Below, in pieces: positions 51,926 through 61,544 of a stretch of DNA of 64,000 nucleotides (position 1 is its first letter; each line of letters starts with the position of its first letter). This DNA comes from Synechococcales cyanobacterium VAR_4_metabat_354. GTDB lineage: Bacteria > Cyanobacteriota > Cyanobacteriia > Cyanobacteriales > Chamaesiphonaceae. The stretch spans positions 51,855 to 115,854 of the forward strand of contig JANOQI010000054.1 of assembly GCA_031414775.1 (NCBI GenBank). The letters are read 5' to 3'. Under the pieces are notes generated by a model. That model was not told the DNA's origin. It saw only the letters and a program-made list of their open reading frames with translations, and made no database searches. A program made the translations under genes and the position numbers.

Positions 51926-52289
51926 AACTTAACTTACAAATTTTTTACGGTGATCGATCAACAAGATTATCAACTTAATGAAATCGCTAATAGCTTTTCT
52001 TTAGACAAGGCTGATTGTTCAAGCCCACCCAAATCGTGATAGGGACTACCCAAGGATGAGTTGATGCTTAATAATTCGCAATGCTTATGCAAGTTATATT
52101 CTTAATATAGGGCATTATTCAGCTAAGTCTACAAACTATATTGATCAAACTGATCTCTGTCAAACCTTTGTGTCAAGCAGACTTTCACTCATATCAATAA
52201 TAAAGAAAACCTAAAGATTGTTATGAACTGTCGTTGATTATTAATGGGCTGCGGTAAATTAGCAGCATGAGGGTTACTCTCATCTTTGC

Positions 52290-52307
52290 TTTACACAGAT
52301 TTACAAA
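52290..52307 (+). promoter_or_regulatory. Putative HLR1 (RpaB-type) direct repeat
   Basis: TTTACACA-GA-TTTACAAA versus the (G/T)TTACA(T/A)(T/A)-N2 repeat consensus. Confidence 0.4.
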
Positions 52308-52454
52308 GCTCATTTTGGTAAAGTGTTATTCACTACTCTCCATCAACTCTGTCGAAATAATTAAAATTAGTAAATTACCAATTCAGGTATTTACTCGCCA
52401 TTATTTTCCCTTGATACCTAGCTTCAAATATCTAGTCACCCCAACAATTACTCT

Positions 52455-53438
52455 ATGAAAATCCCAAATTCTATATGGACGTTGGTTGGTGGCATCGCCC
52501 TAACCATCGTCAGCATATGGTATGGCTACAACAACGACTTGATGCCGATTGCTGCTTCGGAAGAAGCCACACATGTGGATGGCTTATTCAATGCCATGAT
52601 GACCGTTGCAACCGGGCTATTCATTATTGTGCAGGGTGTCATCATCTTTGCGGCGATCAAGTTTCGGCGCCAAAAAGGCGACACTACTGATGGGCCAGCG
52701 ATCGAAGGTAATGTCCCCCTCGAAATCCTCTGGACATCGATCCCTGCCGTGATCGTGTTGTGGATTTCCTTTTACAGTTTTGAAATTTATGGCGAGATGG
52801 GTGGCTTTGATCCCCAAGCCGCCAATGACATGCACGGGATGCATATGCATGGCGGGAACTCGGCGATCGCCGCTGAGATGGGCGACATGAAATCTGCGCC
52901 CCAAATCGCCTTGGGGATCGGGGCTTCTCCAGCTAGTGAAGGAACTCGCGCTGCCGTGAATGTAAATGTTTTAGGTCTGCAATACGCCTGGATTTTCACC
53001 TATCCCGACACCAGCATCACCTCTGGTGAGCTGCATGTGCCCATAGGACAAGAAGTGCAACTAAACATGACAGCGCAAGATGTGATTCATGCCGTTTGGA
53101 TTCCTCAACTCCGCCTGAAGCAAGACATTATTCCTGGTACGACTACTCAATTGAGGTTTACGACCAATCGTGTTGGTACTTACCCGGTGCGCTGTGCCGA
53201 ACTCTGTGGTGGTTATCATGGTTCGATGGTAACCAATATGGTTGTCCATACCCCCGAAGACTACAAAACTTGGGTAGCTAGTCAAATTCAGCCCGAGCAG
53301 ACTGCTACTGCAGGAATGGATAAAATTATTGCGATGAATCCAGCCACCATGACCAGTGCTGAATATCTGCAACCCTACGTTCAAGAAATGGGAGTCCAGC
53401 CTGAAATGGTTCATTCTCTTGCTCATACTCACAGCTAA
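52455..53438 (+). CDS. ctaC: Cytochrome c oxidase subunit II
   Basis: LEILWT.IP, QYAW.F.Y, DVIH, CAELCG.YH..M CuA motif. Confidence 0.96.
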   Translation: MKIPNSIWTLVGGIALTIVSIWYGYNNDLMPIAASEEATHVDGLFNAMMTVATGLFIIVQGVIIFAAIKFRRQKGDTTDGPAIEGNVPLEILWTSIPAVIVLWISFYSFEIYGEMGGFDPQAANDMHGMHMHGGNSAIAAEMGDMKSAPQIALGIGASPASEGTRAAVNVNVLGLQYAWIFTYPDTSITSGELHVPIGQEVQLNMTAQDVIHAVWIPQLRLKQDIIPGTTTQLRFTTNRVGTYPVRCAELCGGYHGSMVTNMVVHTPEDYKTWVASQIQPEQTATAGMDKIIAMNPATMTSAEYLQPYVQEMGVQPEMVHSLAHTHS

Positions 53439-53468
53439 AGCATCTCCAGCAACCCTGCCAAAATTACT

Positions 53469-55109
53469 ATGACTGCAAACATTTTGATACCGGAGGCAGT
53501 GAAGACTGACTCCCACAGCCACGGTGAACGCCGCTGGCAAGACTATTTCACTTTCTGTACCGACCATAAGGTCATTGGCATTCAGTACATGGTAATGGGC
53601 TTTTTCTTTTACCTAATCGGCGGTCTGCTCGCCGAAGGTATTCGGACAGAATTAGCTACGCCCGACCCAGATTTAGTAGATCCGGCTTTCTACAACAGCA
53701 TGTTTACCATGCACGCCACGATCATGATCTTTTTGTGGATCGTGCCCGCCGGAACGGGAGCCTTTGCCAACTATCTGATTCCGTTGATGATTGGTGCTCG
53801 GGATATGGCCTTTCCTCGACTCAATGCAGTGGCTTTTTGGATGTTGCCACCAGCTGGTGTCATGTTGATGGCTAGCTTTTTCTTTGGCACCGCCCAGGCT
53901 GGTTGGACATCTTATCCACCTCTGAGCTTAATGAACGGCAAAATTGGGGAAGGAATCTGGATCATGAGCTTATTGCTCGCCGGCACTTCTTCGATTTTAG
54001 GCGGAATCAACTTCATTACCACCATCCTAAATATGCGGGTGCCCAGCATGAAGATGATGCAGATGCCCCTATTTTGCTGGGCAATGCTCTCTACTTCAGC
54101 TTTGATGATCATTGCTACTCCCATTTTGGCCGGCGCTTTGATTCTGCTGTCTTTTGACCTGATTGCTGGCACGGCGTTCTTTAACCCGACCGGTGGTGGT
54201 CAGCCGGTCGTTTATCAACACATGTTTTGGTTCTACTCCCACCCAGCGGTGTACATCATGGTACTGCCATTCTTTGGGGTGATTTCCGAGGTGATCCCGA
54301 TCCATTCTCGTAAACCAATTTTTGGATACGGGGCGATCGCTTACTCCAGTATGGCCATCAGCTTTTTGGGTCTGATTGTTTGGGCACACCACATGTTTAC
54401 CAGTGGCACCCCCGCTTGGTTGCGGATGTTCTTCATGATTACCACCATGATTATTGCCGTTCCAACTGGGATCAAGGTTTTTGGTTGGCTAGCTACTATG
54501 TGGGGCGGTAAAATTGCCCTGAACAGCCCGATGTTATTTGCGATGGGCTTTTTATCGACCTTCGTGGTCGGTGGTTTAAGTGGAGTCATGTTGGCAGCGG
54601 TGCCTTTCGATATCCATGTGCATGACACCTATTTCGTAGTAGCACATTTGCACTATGTATTGTTTGGTGGCTCAGTGTTTGGAATTTTTACCGGGATCTA
54701 TCACTGGTATCCCAAAGCGATCGGACGCAATTACAACGAGTTCTGGGGTAAGGTGCATTTTGTCATGACCTTTGTGGGTTTTAACGTCACCTTCCTGCCT
54801 ATGCACATCTTAGGATTGCAAGGGATGCCCCGCCGGATTGCCATGTATGCTCCTGAGTTCCAGGGTTTGAACCAGATTATTACTTGGGGCAGCTATTTAT
54901 TAGCGGTTTCCACGATCCCCTTCTTGGTGAATGTTCTGTGGTGCTGGTTCTATGGTGAAAAAGCCGAGCGTAATCCTTGGAATGCTCTAACTTTAGAATG
55001 GCAGACTAGTTCACCACCAGAGATCGAAAACTTCAAAGTATTGCCAGTTTTAACCACTGGCCCATACGACTATGGGGTGATTGAAGAAGAAATGCTTACT
55101 AGTATTTAG
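53469..55109 (+). CDS. ctaD: Cytochrome c oxidase subunit I
   Basis: DHK.IG, HAT.MIF, WFYSHPAVY, WAHH, HDTYFVVAH.HY. Confidence 0.98.
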   Translation: MTANILIPEAVKTDSHSHGERRWQDYFTFCTDHKVIGIQYMVMGFFFYLIGGLLAEGIRTELATPDPDLVDPAFYNSMFTMHATIMIFLWIVPAGTGAFANYLIPLMIGARDMAFPRLNAVAFWMLPPAGVMLMASFFFGTAQAGWTSYPPLSLMNGKIGEGIWIMSLLLAGTSSILGGINFITTILNMRVPSMKMMQMPLFCWAMLSTSALMIIATPILAGALILLSFDLIAGTAFFNPTGGGQPVVYQHMFWFYSHPAVYIMVLPFFGVISEVIPIHSRKPIFGYGAIAYSSMAISFLGLIVWAHHMFTSGTPAWLRMFFMITTMIIAVPTGIKVFGWLATMWGGKIALNSPMLFAMGFLSTFVVGGLSGVMLAAVPFDIHVHDTYFVVAHLHYVLFGGSVFGIFTGIYHWYPKAIGRNYNEFWGKVHFVMTFVGFNVTFLPMHILGLQGMPRRIAMYAPEFQGLNQIITWGSYLLAVSTIPFLVNVLWCWFYGEKAERNPWNALTLEWQTSSPPEIENFKVLPVLTTGPYDYGVIEEEMLTSI

Positions 55110-55146
55110 CCTAAATATAAATTAACCTTACCAACTATTAAGTACT

Positions 55147-55764
55147 ATGCAGGGTTCGATCGATACTCAATCTATCCAAATAACTAGCACTGCCGAGGTG
55201 CAGTCCGACCACGAAGAACATCCAGATTTGCGGATATTTGGCCTCGCCATGTTCCTGATTTCGGAAAGTATGCTCTTTTTAGGTCTATTTGTGGCCTATC
55301 TAACTTTTCGGGCCGTGTCCCCAGTGTGGCCACCAGCCGGGACCCCAGAGTTAGAGCTGGCTTTACCGATGGCTAATACAGTAGTACTAATTTCTAGCAG
55401 TTTTGTCATTCATCAGGCTGATGCCGCCATTAAAAAGAATGATGTGGCTGGTTTACGCCGTTGGTTCGCCCTCACGGCGGCAATGGGCATTTTGTTTCTC
55501 TGCGGTCAAATTTACGAATATATGCACTTGGAATTTGCACTGCGAACCAACTTGTTCGCCAGTACTTTTTATGTGTTAACTGGTTTCCACGGTTTGCACG
55601 TCACTGTTGGTGTTTTATTGATTTTGGCCGTACTGTGGCGATCAATCAAGAATCCCACCCATTACAGTAGCTCCCACCACTTTGGTGTCGAAGCTGCTGA
55701 ACTCTATTGGCACTTTGTCGATGTGGTGTGGATTGTGCTATTTATTTTGTTATATCTGCTCTAG
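55147..55764 (+). CDS. ctaE: Cytochrome c oxidase subunit III
   Basis: FL.SE..LF, TGFHGLHV, YWHFVDVVW. Confidence 0.96.
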   Translation: MQGSIDTQSIQITSTAEVQSDHEEHPDLRIFGLAMFLISESMLFLGLFVAYLTFRAVSPVWPPAGTPELELALPMANTVVLISSSFVIHQADAAIKKNDVAGLRRWFALTAAMGILFLCGQIYEYMHLEFALRTNLFASTFYVLTGFHGLHVTVGVLLILAVLWRSIKNPTHYSSSHHFGVEAAELYWHFVDVVWIVLFILLYLL

Positions 55765-55789
55765 CGATTATTCAATTTTATTGGGAAAT

Positions 55790-55816
55790 GCAGCTGGTGC
55801 GATCAGCTGCTTTTTT
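55790..55816 (+). terminator. Terminator of the cta operon
   Basis: GCAGCTG-loop-CAGCTGC-TTTTTT. Confidence 0.75.
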
Positions 55817-55828
55817 GTGATTAAATTT

Positions 55829-56368
55829 ATGACTAATCTTTTACCTATTTCCCAAATTGGTGCTGCCATTCTCCGACAACAGGCCCAGCTGATCGATCTG
55901 CCTCTAACCGCAGCGCTTCAGGAATTGATTGATAGCTTACTTCAAACTGCTGATGCTGCCAATGGAGTCGGCATTGCTGCGCCGCAAGTCGCTAATAGCT
56001 GCCGCTTGATGATCGTAGCTTCGCGTCCCAGTCCACGCTATCCCCAAGCACCAACGATGGAGCCAATGGCGATGATTAATCCCCAGATTATTGATCGCAG
56101 TTCTGAAGAAGTGATGGGTTGGGAAGGCTGTTTAAGCGTGCCGGGTCAGAGGGGATTAGTCGCCCGTGCCCAGTGGGTAGATGTAATGTATATCGACAGG
56201 TCTGGCGGGCAACACCAAGAACGGCTCACGGATTTTGTGGCGCGGATTTTTCAGCATGAATATGATCACTTAGAAGGGATCTTGTTTGTCGATCGCATCA
56301 CTAACCCAGCAAATTTAATTGCTGAGGAAGAATACCAAAAAATCCAGTTCGATCCCATTGAGATTTAA
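55829..56368 (+). CDS. def: Peptide deformylase
   Basis: GVGIAAPQ, EGCLS, QHEYDHL.G; ATG at 55829 follows the terminator. Confidence 0.95.
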   Translation: MTNLLPISQIGAAILRQQAQLIDLPLTAALQELIDSLLQTADAANGVGIAAPQVANSCRLMIVASRPSPRYPQAPTMEPMAMINPQIIDRSSEEVMGWEGCLSVPGQRGLVARAQWVDVMYIDRSGGQHQERLTDFVARIFQHEYDHLEGILFVDRITNPANLIAEEEYQKIQFDPIEI

Positions 56369-56974
56369 ATGGCACCAATTATTGATAGTGAATGGTTCGA
56401 TCGATCAGCAATCACCGTTGCCCCCGAGTTAATCGGTTGTACGTTAGTACGGCAACTTCCCGATGGCCAACAGTTGCGTGGCATCATTGTCGAGACAGAG
56501 GCTTACCAAGCAGGAGATCCAGCTTGTCATGCCTATCGCAAACAGACAACGCGCAATCGGATTATGTTTGGTGCCCCAGGATATGTTTATGTGTATTTAA
56601 TTTATGGCATGTATCACTGCGTAAATGTGGTTACCGATCGAAATGGTGCGGCTAGTGCCGTATTGATTCGGGCGCTAGAACTAGATATCAATACCTTAAA
56701 CACGATTTCACTGAAACCAAAAGAGAAATTAGAAAAGGCCGCCGCCGGGCCAGGAAAGCTATGTCGAGCTATGCAAATCGATCTAAATCTTTATGGTACG
56801 AAGCTCGCCCAAAATCAGGCGCTGTGGATTGAGCACCGCTCCATAGATTGGCAAACCATGTTAGATATCGATCACCTTAAACTCATCCAGACTACCCGTA
56901 TCGGACTGACCCAGGGGATAGAATTACCTTGGCGCTGGTATTTGAAGAATTGCCCAGCAGTCTCCAAATGGTAA
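56369..56974 (+). CDS. mpg: DNA-3-methyladenine glycosylase (AAG/MPG type)
   Basis: IVETEAY, DPACHA, YVYLIYGMY.C.N, AVLIRA, GPGKLC, RIG. Confidence 0.93.
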   Translation: MAPIIDSEWFDRSAITVAPELIGCTLVRQLPDGQQLRGIIVETEAYQAGDPACHAYRKQTTRNRIMFGAPGYVYVYLIYGMYHCVNVVTDRNGAASAVLIRALELDINTLNTISLKPKEKLEKAAAGPGKLCRAMQIDLNLYGTKLAQNQALWIEHRSIDWQTMLDIDHLKLIQTTRIGLTQGIELPWRWYLKNCPAVSKW

Positions 56975-57028
56975 AAATTAATTTTCCGATATTGCTATGT
57001 ATGGCGATTCGGAAAGGCCACTCAGCGG

Positions 57029-58810
57029 TTAAAATAGTGGCGCTTCATTCTGTTGGGGCTGAGTTATCGTTGGTTCATTGGTATTGTTATCTGTCGGTTC
57101 ATCTTTAGGCTCCGACCTATCAGGCTTTTCTGTTTTTTCTGGCTTGTCTGGCCTGAATGGTTTGGTTCTGGGTTCTTGTTCGACCGGCTCAGCCCTACGA
57201 TTATTGCCATCTAAGCTGGGAGCATTTGATTCCTCTGATTGTTTACGAGGAGTTGTAGATTGCTGCGGTGTTGTTTCCGTCGCTACCATTTTTCGTCTCC
57301 TGCGCCGAGACTTAGGCGGTTCTGATTCAGCTGATGGATCTGATTTCTCAGAATTAGATGGAGTCGGTTCACTATCAATGCGCGACCGTCTCGAACGCGA
57401 CCGTCGTGAGCGAGGAGTGCTTTCAACAGCGGGAGTCCCGTTGACGGATTCCACTGACTGAGATTTAGGATTTTCGGTTGGTGAAATTCCTGGAGTGGGC
57501 GTTTCTGGCTCTCTTGTCATTTCTGGACTAGCAGAACTGTCCGGACTAGGGCTATCTGATGGCACCGCTGGAGATGACGATTCCGGGCTAATCGCTGTCG
57601 TCGGGATCGACTTGGGTTTGTTGACATCACTCGTTGCACCCCATACGAGGCCGATCGCGGCCAAAATACCGACAATTCCAATCGATGTCGGGTTGAGGAC
57701 TTTTCGCCAGCCATTATTATCCACATGGGCAGTAATCGCTGAACTGGGTACAAAAGCATTTTTTTTGTTTGGTGATGCCAATACTTGCTTGTTGTTTGGC
57801 GATACCACTGCGGTGCCAGCAGCGGTCGGATTGGCCACAGGCAAAGCCACTGGTATAGGGGTTTGCCCATACTGATAATTTTGGAGAGCTTGTAAAACTT
57901 CGGTCGCTGACTGCATTCGATCGCCAGGCTTTGGTTGCAACATGCGATCGAAGATCTGGTCTAGATCAGGTGATAGCTGGATAGATTTACGCCACTTCCA
58001 ATTCATCGTTTGGGGATCGAGTAGTGACAGAGGTTCTTGACCGGTCAGTAAGACTAAACAGGTAGCTGCCAAGGCATATAAATCACTGTGCGGCGAAACC
58101 GTGCCTCGTTGCATTTGTTCATTGGGGGCGTACCCTACTTTTCCTAGACGGGTCAGCGCTTCGGTAGTCCCCAGTGCCTGAATTTCGGCATTAACAGCAA
58201 TTTGTTTTACCCCGCCAAAATCGATGAGGACTGGCATGCCATCGCTCGATCGAATGATCAAATTATCGGGAGCAATATCGCGATGGATTACACCCAGAGA
58301 GTGAGTGTATTCTAATACTGGCAAAAGATTGACTAGTAACCGTCGCACTTCATCTTCGCGAAAAGTTTGGTTTTGTTGGAGACGAGAATTGAGAGCATAG
58401 CGATAAGTATGACCAGCTACATAGTCTTGAACTAGAAATAAACCACCGCCACCAGTGGTCATTTGGAATAGTTCTCGGAATTTAGGAATCTGGGGATGCT
58501 GAAGCTGATAAAGAACATTCGCTTCCCGTTCAAACAGCCTCTTGGCCTTGTCTAGAGCTGTCGCCCCATGTACCTGCGGCGCAAATTCTTTCAAAACGCA
58601 TGGTTCATTGAAGCGATTGAGATCCTCACACAGATAAGTGCGTCCAAAGCCGCCTTGACCAATTTGTTGCACCAGCCGATACCGTCCCTCTAGAATCGCT
58701 CCTGATACCAGATAATTTATGGCTGGTTGCGACAGCTTTTCACCACAAACCTGACAAAAAAGATTGTTGCCGGGATTCTCATGGCTGCTGCTACAAAAAA
58801 TGATGGTCAT
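57029..58810 (-). CDS. Membrane Ser/Thr kinase: N-terminal zinc ribbon, TM helix, disordered C-terminus
   Basis: C...H.N....FC..CG, GQGGFG, HRDIAPDN, DFG, GYAP.EQ, TM, Pro/Ser/Glu/Arg-rich tail. Confidence 0.93.
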   Translation of the reverse strand: MTIIFCSSSHENPGNNLFCQVCGEKLSQPAINYLVSGAILEGRYRLVQQIGQGGFGRTYLCEDLNRFNEPCVLKEFAPQVHGATALDKAKRLFEREANVLYQLQHPQIPKFRELFQMTTGGGGLFLVQDYVAGHTYRYALNSRLQQNQTFREDEVRRLLVNLLPVLEYTHSLGVIHRDIAPDNLIIRSSDGMPVLIDFGGVKQIAVNAEIQALGTTEALTRLGKVGYAPNEQMQRGTVSPHSDLYALAATCLVLLTGQEPLSLLDPQTMNWKWRKSIQLSPDLDQIFDRMLQPKPGDRMQSATEVLQALQNYQYGQTPIPVALPVANPTAAGTAVVSPNNKQVLASPNKKNAFVPSSAITAHVDNNGWRKVLNPTSIGIVGILAAIGLVWGATSDVNKPKSIPTTAISPESSSPAVPSDSPSPDSSASPEMTREPETPTPGISPTENPKSQSVESVNGTPAVESTPRSRRSRSRRSRIDSEPTPSNSEKSDPSAESEPPKSRRRRRKMVATETTPQQSTTPRKQSEESNAPSLDGNNRRAEPVEQEPRTKPFRPDKPEKTEKPDRSEPKDEPTDNNTNEPTITQPQQNEAPLF

Positions 58811-59086
58811 GGGATGGATTCTGGGGATGAGCGACTAGGATTTTGCTATGTGCCGAAGCCGCCGCAGTGGTCAGGCGCGCCAGCAATATATCAAGGATTT
58901 CTGGCTTTTAGGCTAGCATAGCCGCCCAGACAATTCGCACTGGTTGCGCAATTGTGATTTCTAGAATTGTGCTACCAAAGTTTACCTTAACCCAGATTAG
59001 CATTCGTCAAGTCCACTGTTTGGAGTTGGACGTTGTTGAGGTTTGCGCCCATTCAGTTTGCAATTTGTAACTTGGTACTCTTATAT

Positions 59087-59143
59087 TAATCCCGACTATT
59101 TTAGTCGGGATTAGTTGACACTCAGAATTGAGGCAATTACTAT
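59087..59143 (+). promoter_or_regulatory. Rrf2/IscR-type operator abutting a sigma70 promoter
   Basis: TAATCCCGACTA-TTT-TAGTCGGGATTA perfect palindrome (59087-59113); TTGACA (59115-59120)-N17-TACTAT (59138-59143). Confidence 0.7.
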
Positions 59144-59185
59144 ATTGAGGAAGATTAAAAATGCTTAAACTAAAAAAGGCCAACC

Positions 59186-60472
59186 ATGACCCAAGCAACC
59201 ATCCCTACTACTGCCATCAAAGGATTAGCCTGCAAAGAATGTGGTACAGAATATGAGCTAACACCTACTCATATCTGCGAAATGTGTTTTGGGCCATTGG
59301 AAGTGCAGTACGACTATGAGTACTTGAGCAAAATTGTTACCAGAGAAAGAATTGAAGCTGGCCCCAACTCGATTTGGCGCTATCATGACCTACTGCCCGG
59401 GGGTGATAACCCGATCGATGTGGGTACGGGTATGACCCCATTGTTGAAATCGAACCGGTTGGCTCGTCGCTTGGGTCTAAAAAATCTTTACATTAAGAAT
59501 GACGCGGTGAACATGCCGACGTTGAGCTTTAAAGACAGAGTGGTATCGATCGCTCTTTCTAAAGCTAGAGAATTTGGATTTTCGACTGTATCTTGCGCCA
59601 GCACTGGCAACTTAGCAAACTCGACGGCGGCGATCGCGGCCTACGCTGGTCTGGACTGTTGTGTATTTATCCCCTCCGATTTAGAAGCTGGAAAAGTACT
59701 GGGCACCGTTATCTATGGACCTAAAGTCATGGCTGTAGAAGGCAACTACGACCAAGTGAACCGCCTTTGTTGCGAAGTTGCTAACACCCACGGTTGGGGT
59801 TTTGTGAATATCAACTTACGTCCTTACTATTCGGAAGGCTCTAAGACCTTGGCCTATGAAGTGGCTGAGCAGTTAGGCTGGCAGTTACCCGACCACATCG
59901 TGGCTCCTTTGGCTTCTGGTTCGCTCTTCACCAAGATTCACAAAGGTTTCCAAGAATTCGTCAAGCTGGGCTTGGTAGATGAGAAAGCAGTACGCTTTAG
60001 TGGTGCTCAAGCAGAAGGTTGCTCGCCGATCGCGAAAGCCTTTGCTGAAGGCCGTGACTTTGTGGTACCAGAGAAACCCAACACTATTGCTAAATCGATC
60101 GCGATCGGCAACCCGGCTGATGGCGTCTACGCTTTAGAAATTGCCAGAAAAACCAACGGTAATATTGCCATGGTCAATGATGCCGAAATTATTGAAGGCA
60201 TGAAGTTGTTGGCCGAAACGGAAGGCATCTTTACTGAGACTGCTGGCGGTACAACAGTTGCTGTCCTCAAAAAGTTGATAGAGCAGGGCAAGATTGACCC
60301 TGAAGAAACCACCGTGCTGTACATTACTGGTAATGGTCTCAAGACCCAAGAAGCCATTCAAGGTTATGTCGGTGAACCGTTGACAATCGAAGCTAACTTA
60401 GAAAGTTTTGAAAGAGCTTGGGAACGGTCACAAACTCTCGATCGCTTAGACTGGCAACAGGTTTTAGTCTAG
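59186..60472 (+). CDS. thrC: Threonine-synthase-like fold-type II PLP enzyme with N-terminal zinc ribbon
   Basis: CKEC...CEMC, PTLSFKDR (PLP Lys), ASTGN, EGSKT, TGNGLK; exact reaction uncertain (see findings). Confidence 0.75.
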   Translation: MTQATIPTTAIKGLACKECGTEYELTPTHICEMCFGPLEVQYDYEYLSKIVTRERIEAGPNSIWRYHDLLPGGDNPIDVGTGMTPLLKSNRLARRLGLKNLYIKNDAVNMPTLSFKDRVVSIALSKAREFGFSTVSCASTGNLANSTAAIAAYAGLDCCVFIPSDLEAGKVLGTVIYGPKVMAVEGNYDQVNRLCCEVANTHGWGFVNINLRPYYSEGSKTLAYEVAEQLGWQLPDHIVAPLASGSLFTKIHKGFQEFVKLGLVDEKAVRFSGAQAEGCSPIAKAFAEGRDFVVPEKPNTIAKSIAIGNPADGVYALEIARKTNGNIAMVNDAEIIEGMKLLAETEGIFTETAGGTTVAVLKKLIEQGKIDPEETTVLYITGNGLKTQEAIQGYVGEPLTIEANLESFERAWERSQTLDRLDWQQVLV

Positions 60473-60518
60473 AACCTAATTTTTCTCACACATTCAAGTC
60501 ACTAAATTTAAAGACAAC

Positions 60519-60794
60519 ATGGCTGTTAAAGTTCTCGTTCCCACCACTCTGCAAAAGTTCACCAATGACCAACCCACGATCGAATGTGGTGGTACCAATG
60601 TCTCCGAGTTGATCGATCAGCTGGAAGCTAATTGCCCTGGTATCAAGGCTCGTCTTTGTGATGAAAGCGGCAAGCCTCGCCGTTTTTTGAACTTCTATGT
60701 CAATGACGAAGATATTCGTTTCTTGGAAGGGACTGATACAGTACTAGCCGATGGCGATAAGGTAAGCATTGTACCAGCAGTTGCTGGGGGCTAG
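60519..60794 (+). CDS. MoaD/ThiS/CysO-family sulfur carrier protein
   Basis: Ubiquitin-like size, [17 protein letters not shown]-terminal PAVAGG. Confidence 0.92.
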   Translation: MAVKVLVPTTLQKFTNDQPTIECGGTNVSELIDQLEANCPGIKARLCDESGKPRRFLNFYVNDEDIRFLEGTDTVLADGDKVSIVPAVAGG

Positions 60795-60816
60795 ATTCGC
60801 TCAATCGAATTAGTAG

Positions 60817-60848
60817 AAAGGTCAGGCTATTTAAGTCTGGCCTTTTTT
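60817..60848 (+). terminator. Terminator of the thrC-like/sulfur-carrier operon
   Basis: AAAGGTCAGGCT-loop-AGTCTGGCCTTTTTT. Confidence 0.7.
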
Positions 60849-60940
60849 AGTGGGTCAGGAAACCTAAACTTAAAAAATGAATCCGATCGAACGGGGCTTT
60901 TGTATATCTAATAGAACCTTACAGAAACTCAATCGTTGCT

Positions 60941-61453
60941 ATGAAATTTCCTACTTCTCAAATTATCGCTATCCTAGCTATATCCGCCACCACCACAATT
61001 GGCATCAATGCCCTCCAAGCTAGATCTGTGCCAACGGCTACCGCCACCCCACCAAAATTAATGGCGATGGGCGGTACCACGGCTTTAGCTAAAGAACTAC
61101 AAGGAAAACCAGTAGTTGTTGATGTCTATGCCAGCTGGTGTCCGGCTTGTAAAAATGTTGCCCCCACCCTCTCGCAACTCAAACAACAATATGGCAATAA
61201 AGCTAATTTTGTAGTGCTGGATGTGACCGATCGACAAGCCACTGCCAACACCATGAAATTAGCGGCCAAGACAGGTTTGACTAAATTTTTAAATGCTAAT
61301 AAGTCCCAAACTGGGACGATCGCCATCATCGATCCGGCTAGTGGCAAAGTGATTAAACAATTTCGGAATAACGCCACCCTCTCTGACTACACCGCCGTGC
61401 TTGATCGATCGATCGCCAAGATGGGTAAAGGTGATGCCATGAAAAAGCCCTAG
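60941..61453 (+). CDS. Exported thioredoxin-like protein
   Basis: Signal peptide and WCPAC active site. Confidence 0.88.
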   Translation: MKFPTSQIIAILAISATTTIGINALQARSVPTATATPPKLMAMGGTTALAKELQGKPVVVDVYASWCPACKNVAPTLSQLKQQYGNKANFVVLDVTDRQATANTMKLAAKTGLTKFLNANKSQTGTIAIIDPASGKVIKQFRNNATLSDYTAVLDRSIAKMGKGDAMKKP

Positions 61454-61544
61454 TCGCTATCTCTCAGTGTGGAATCGGGCGAGTGCGATCGTGTCACTTG
61501 CCCAGCCCAATTGTTAATAACATCATCCAACCCACTAATACGTC

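Noticed and set aside
55682..55828. N-terminal extension of the def ORF
   Set aside because: Overlaps ctaE and crosses a terminator; ATG at 55829 gives a normal-length deformylase
58811..59086. Possible riboswitch or ncRNA upstream of the thrC-like gene
   Set aside because: No SAM or other riboswitch consensus recognised, and the predicted promoter lies downstream of this stretch
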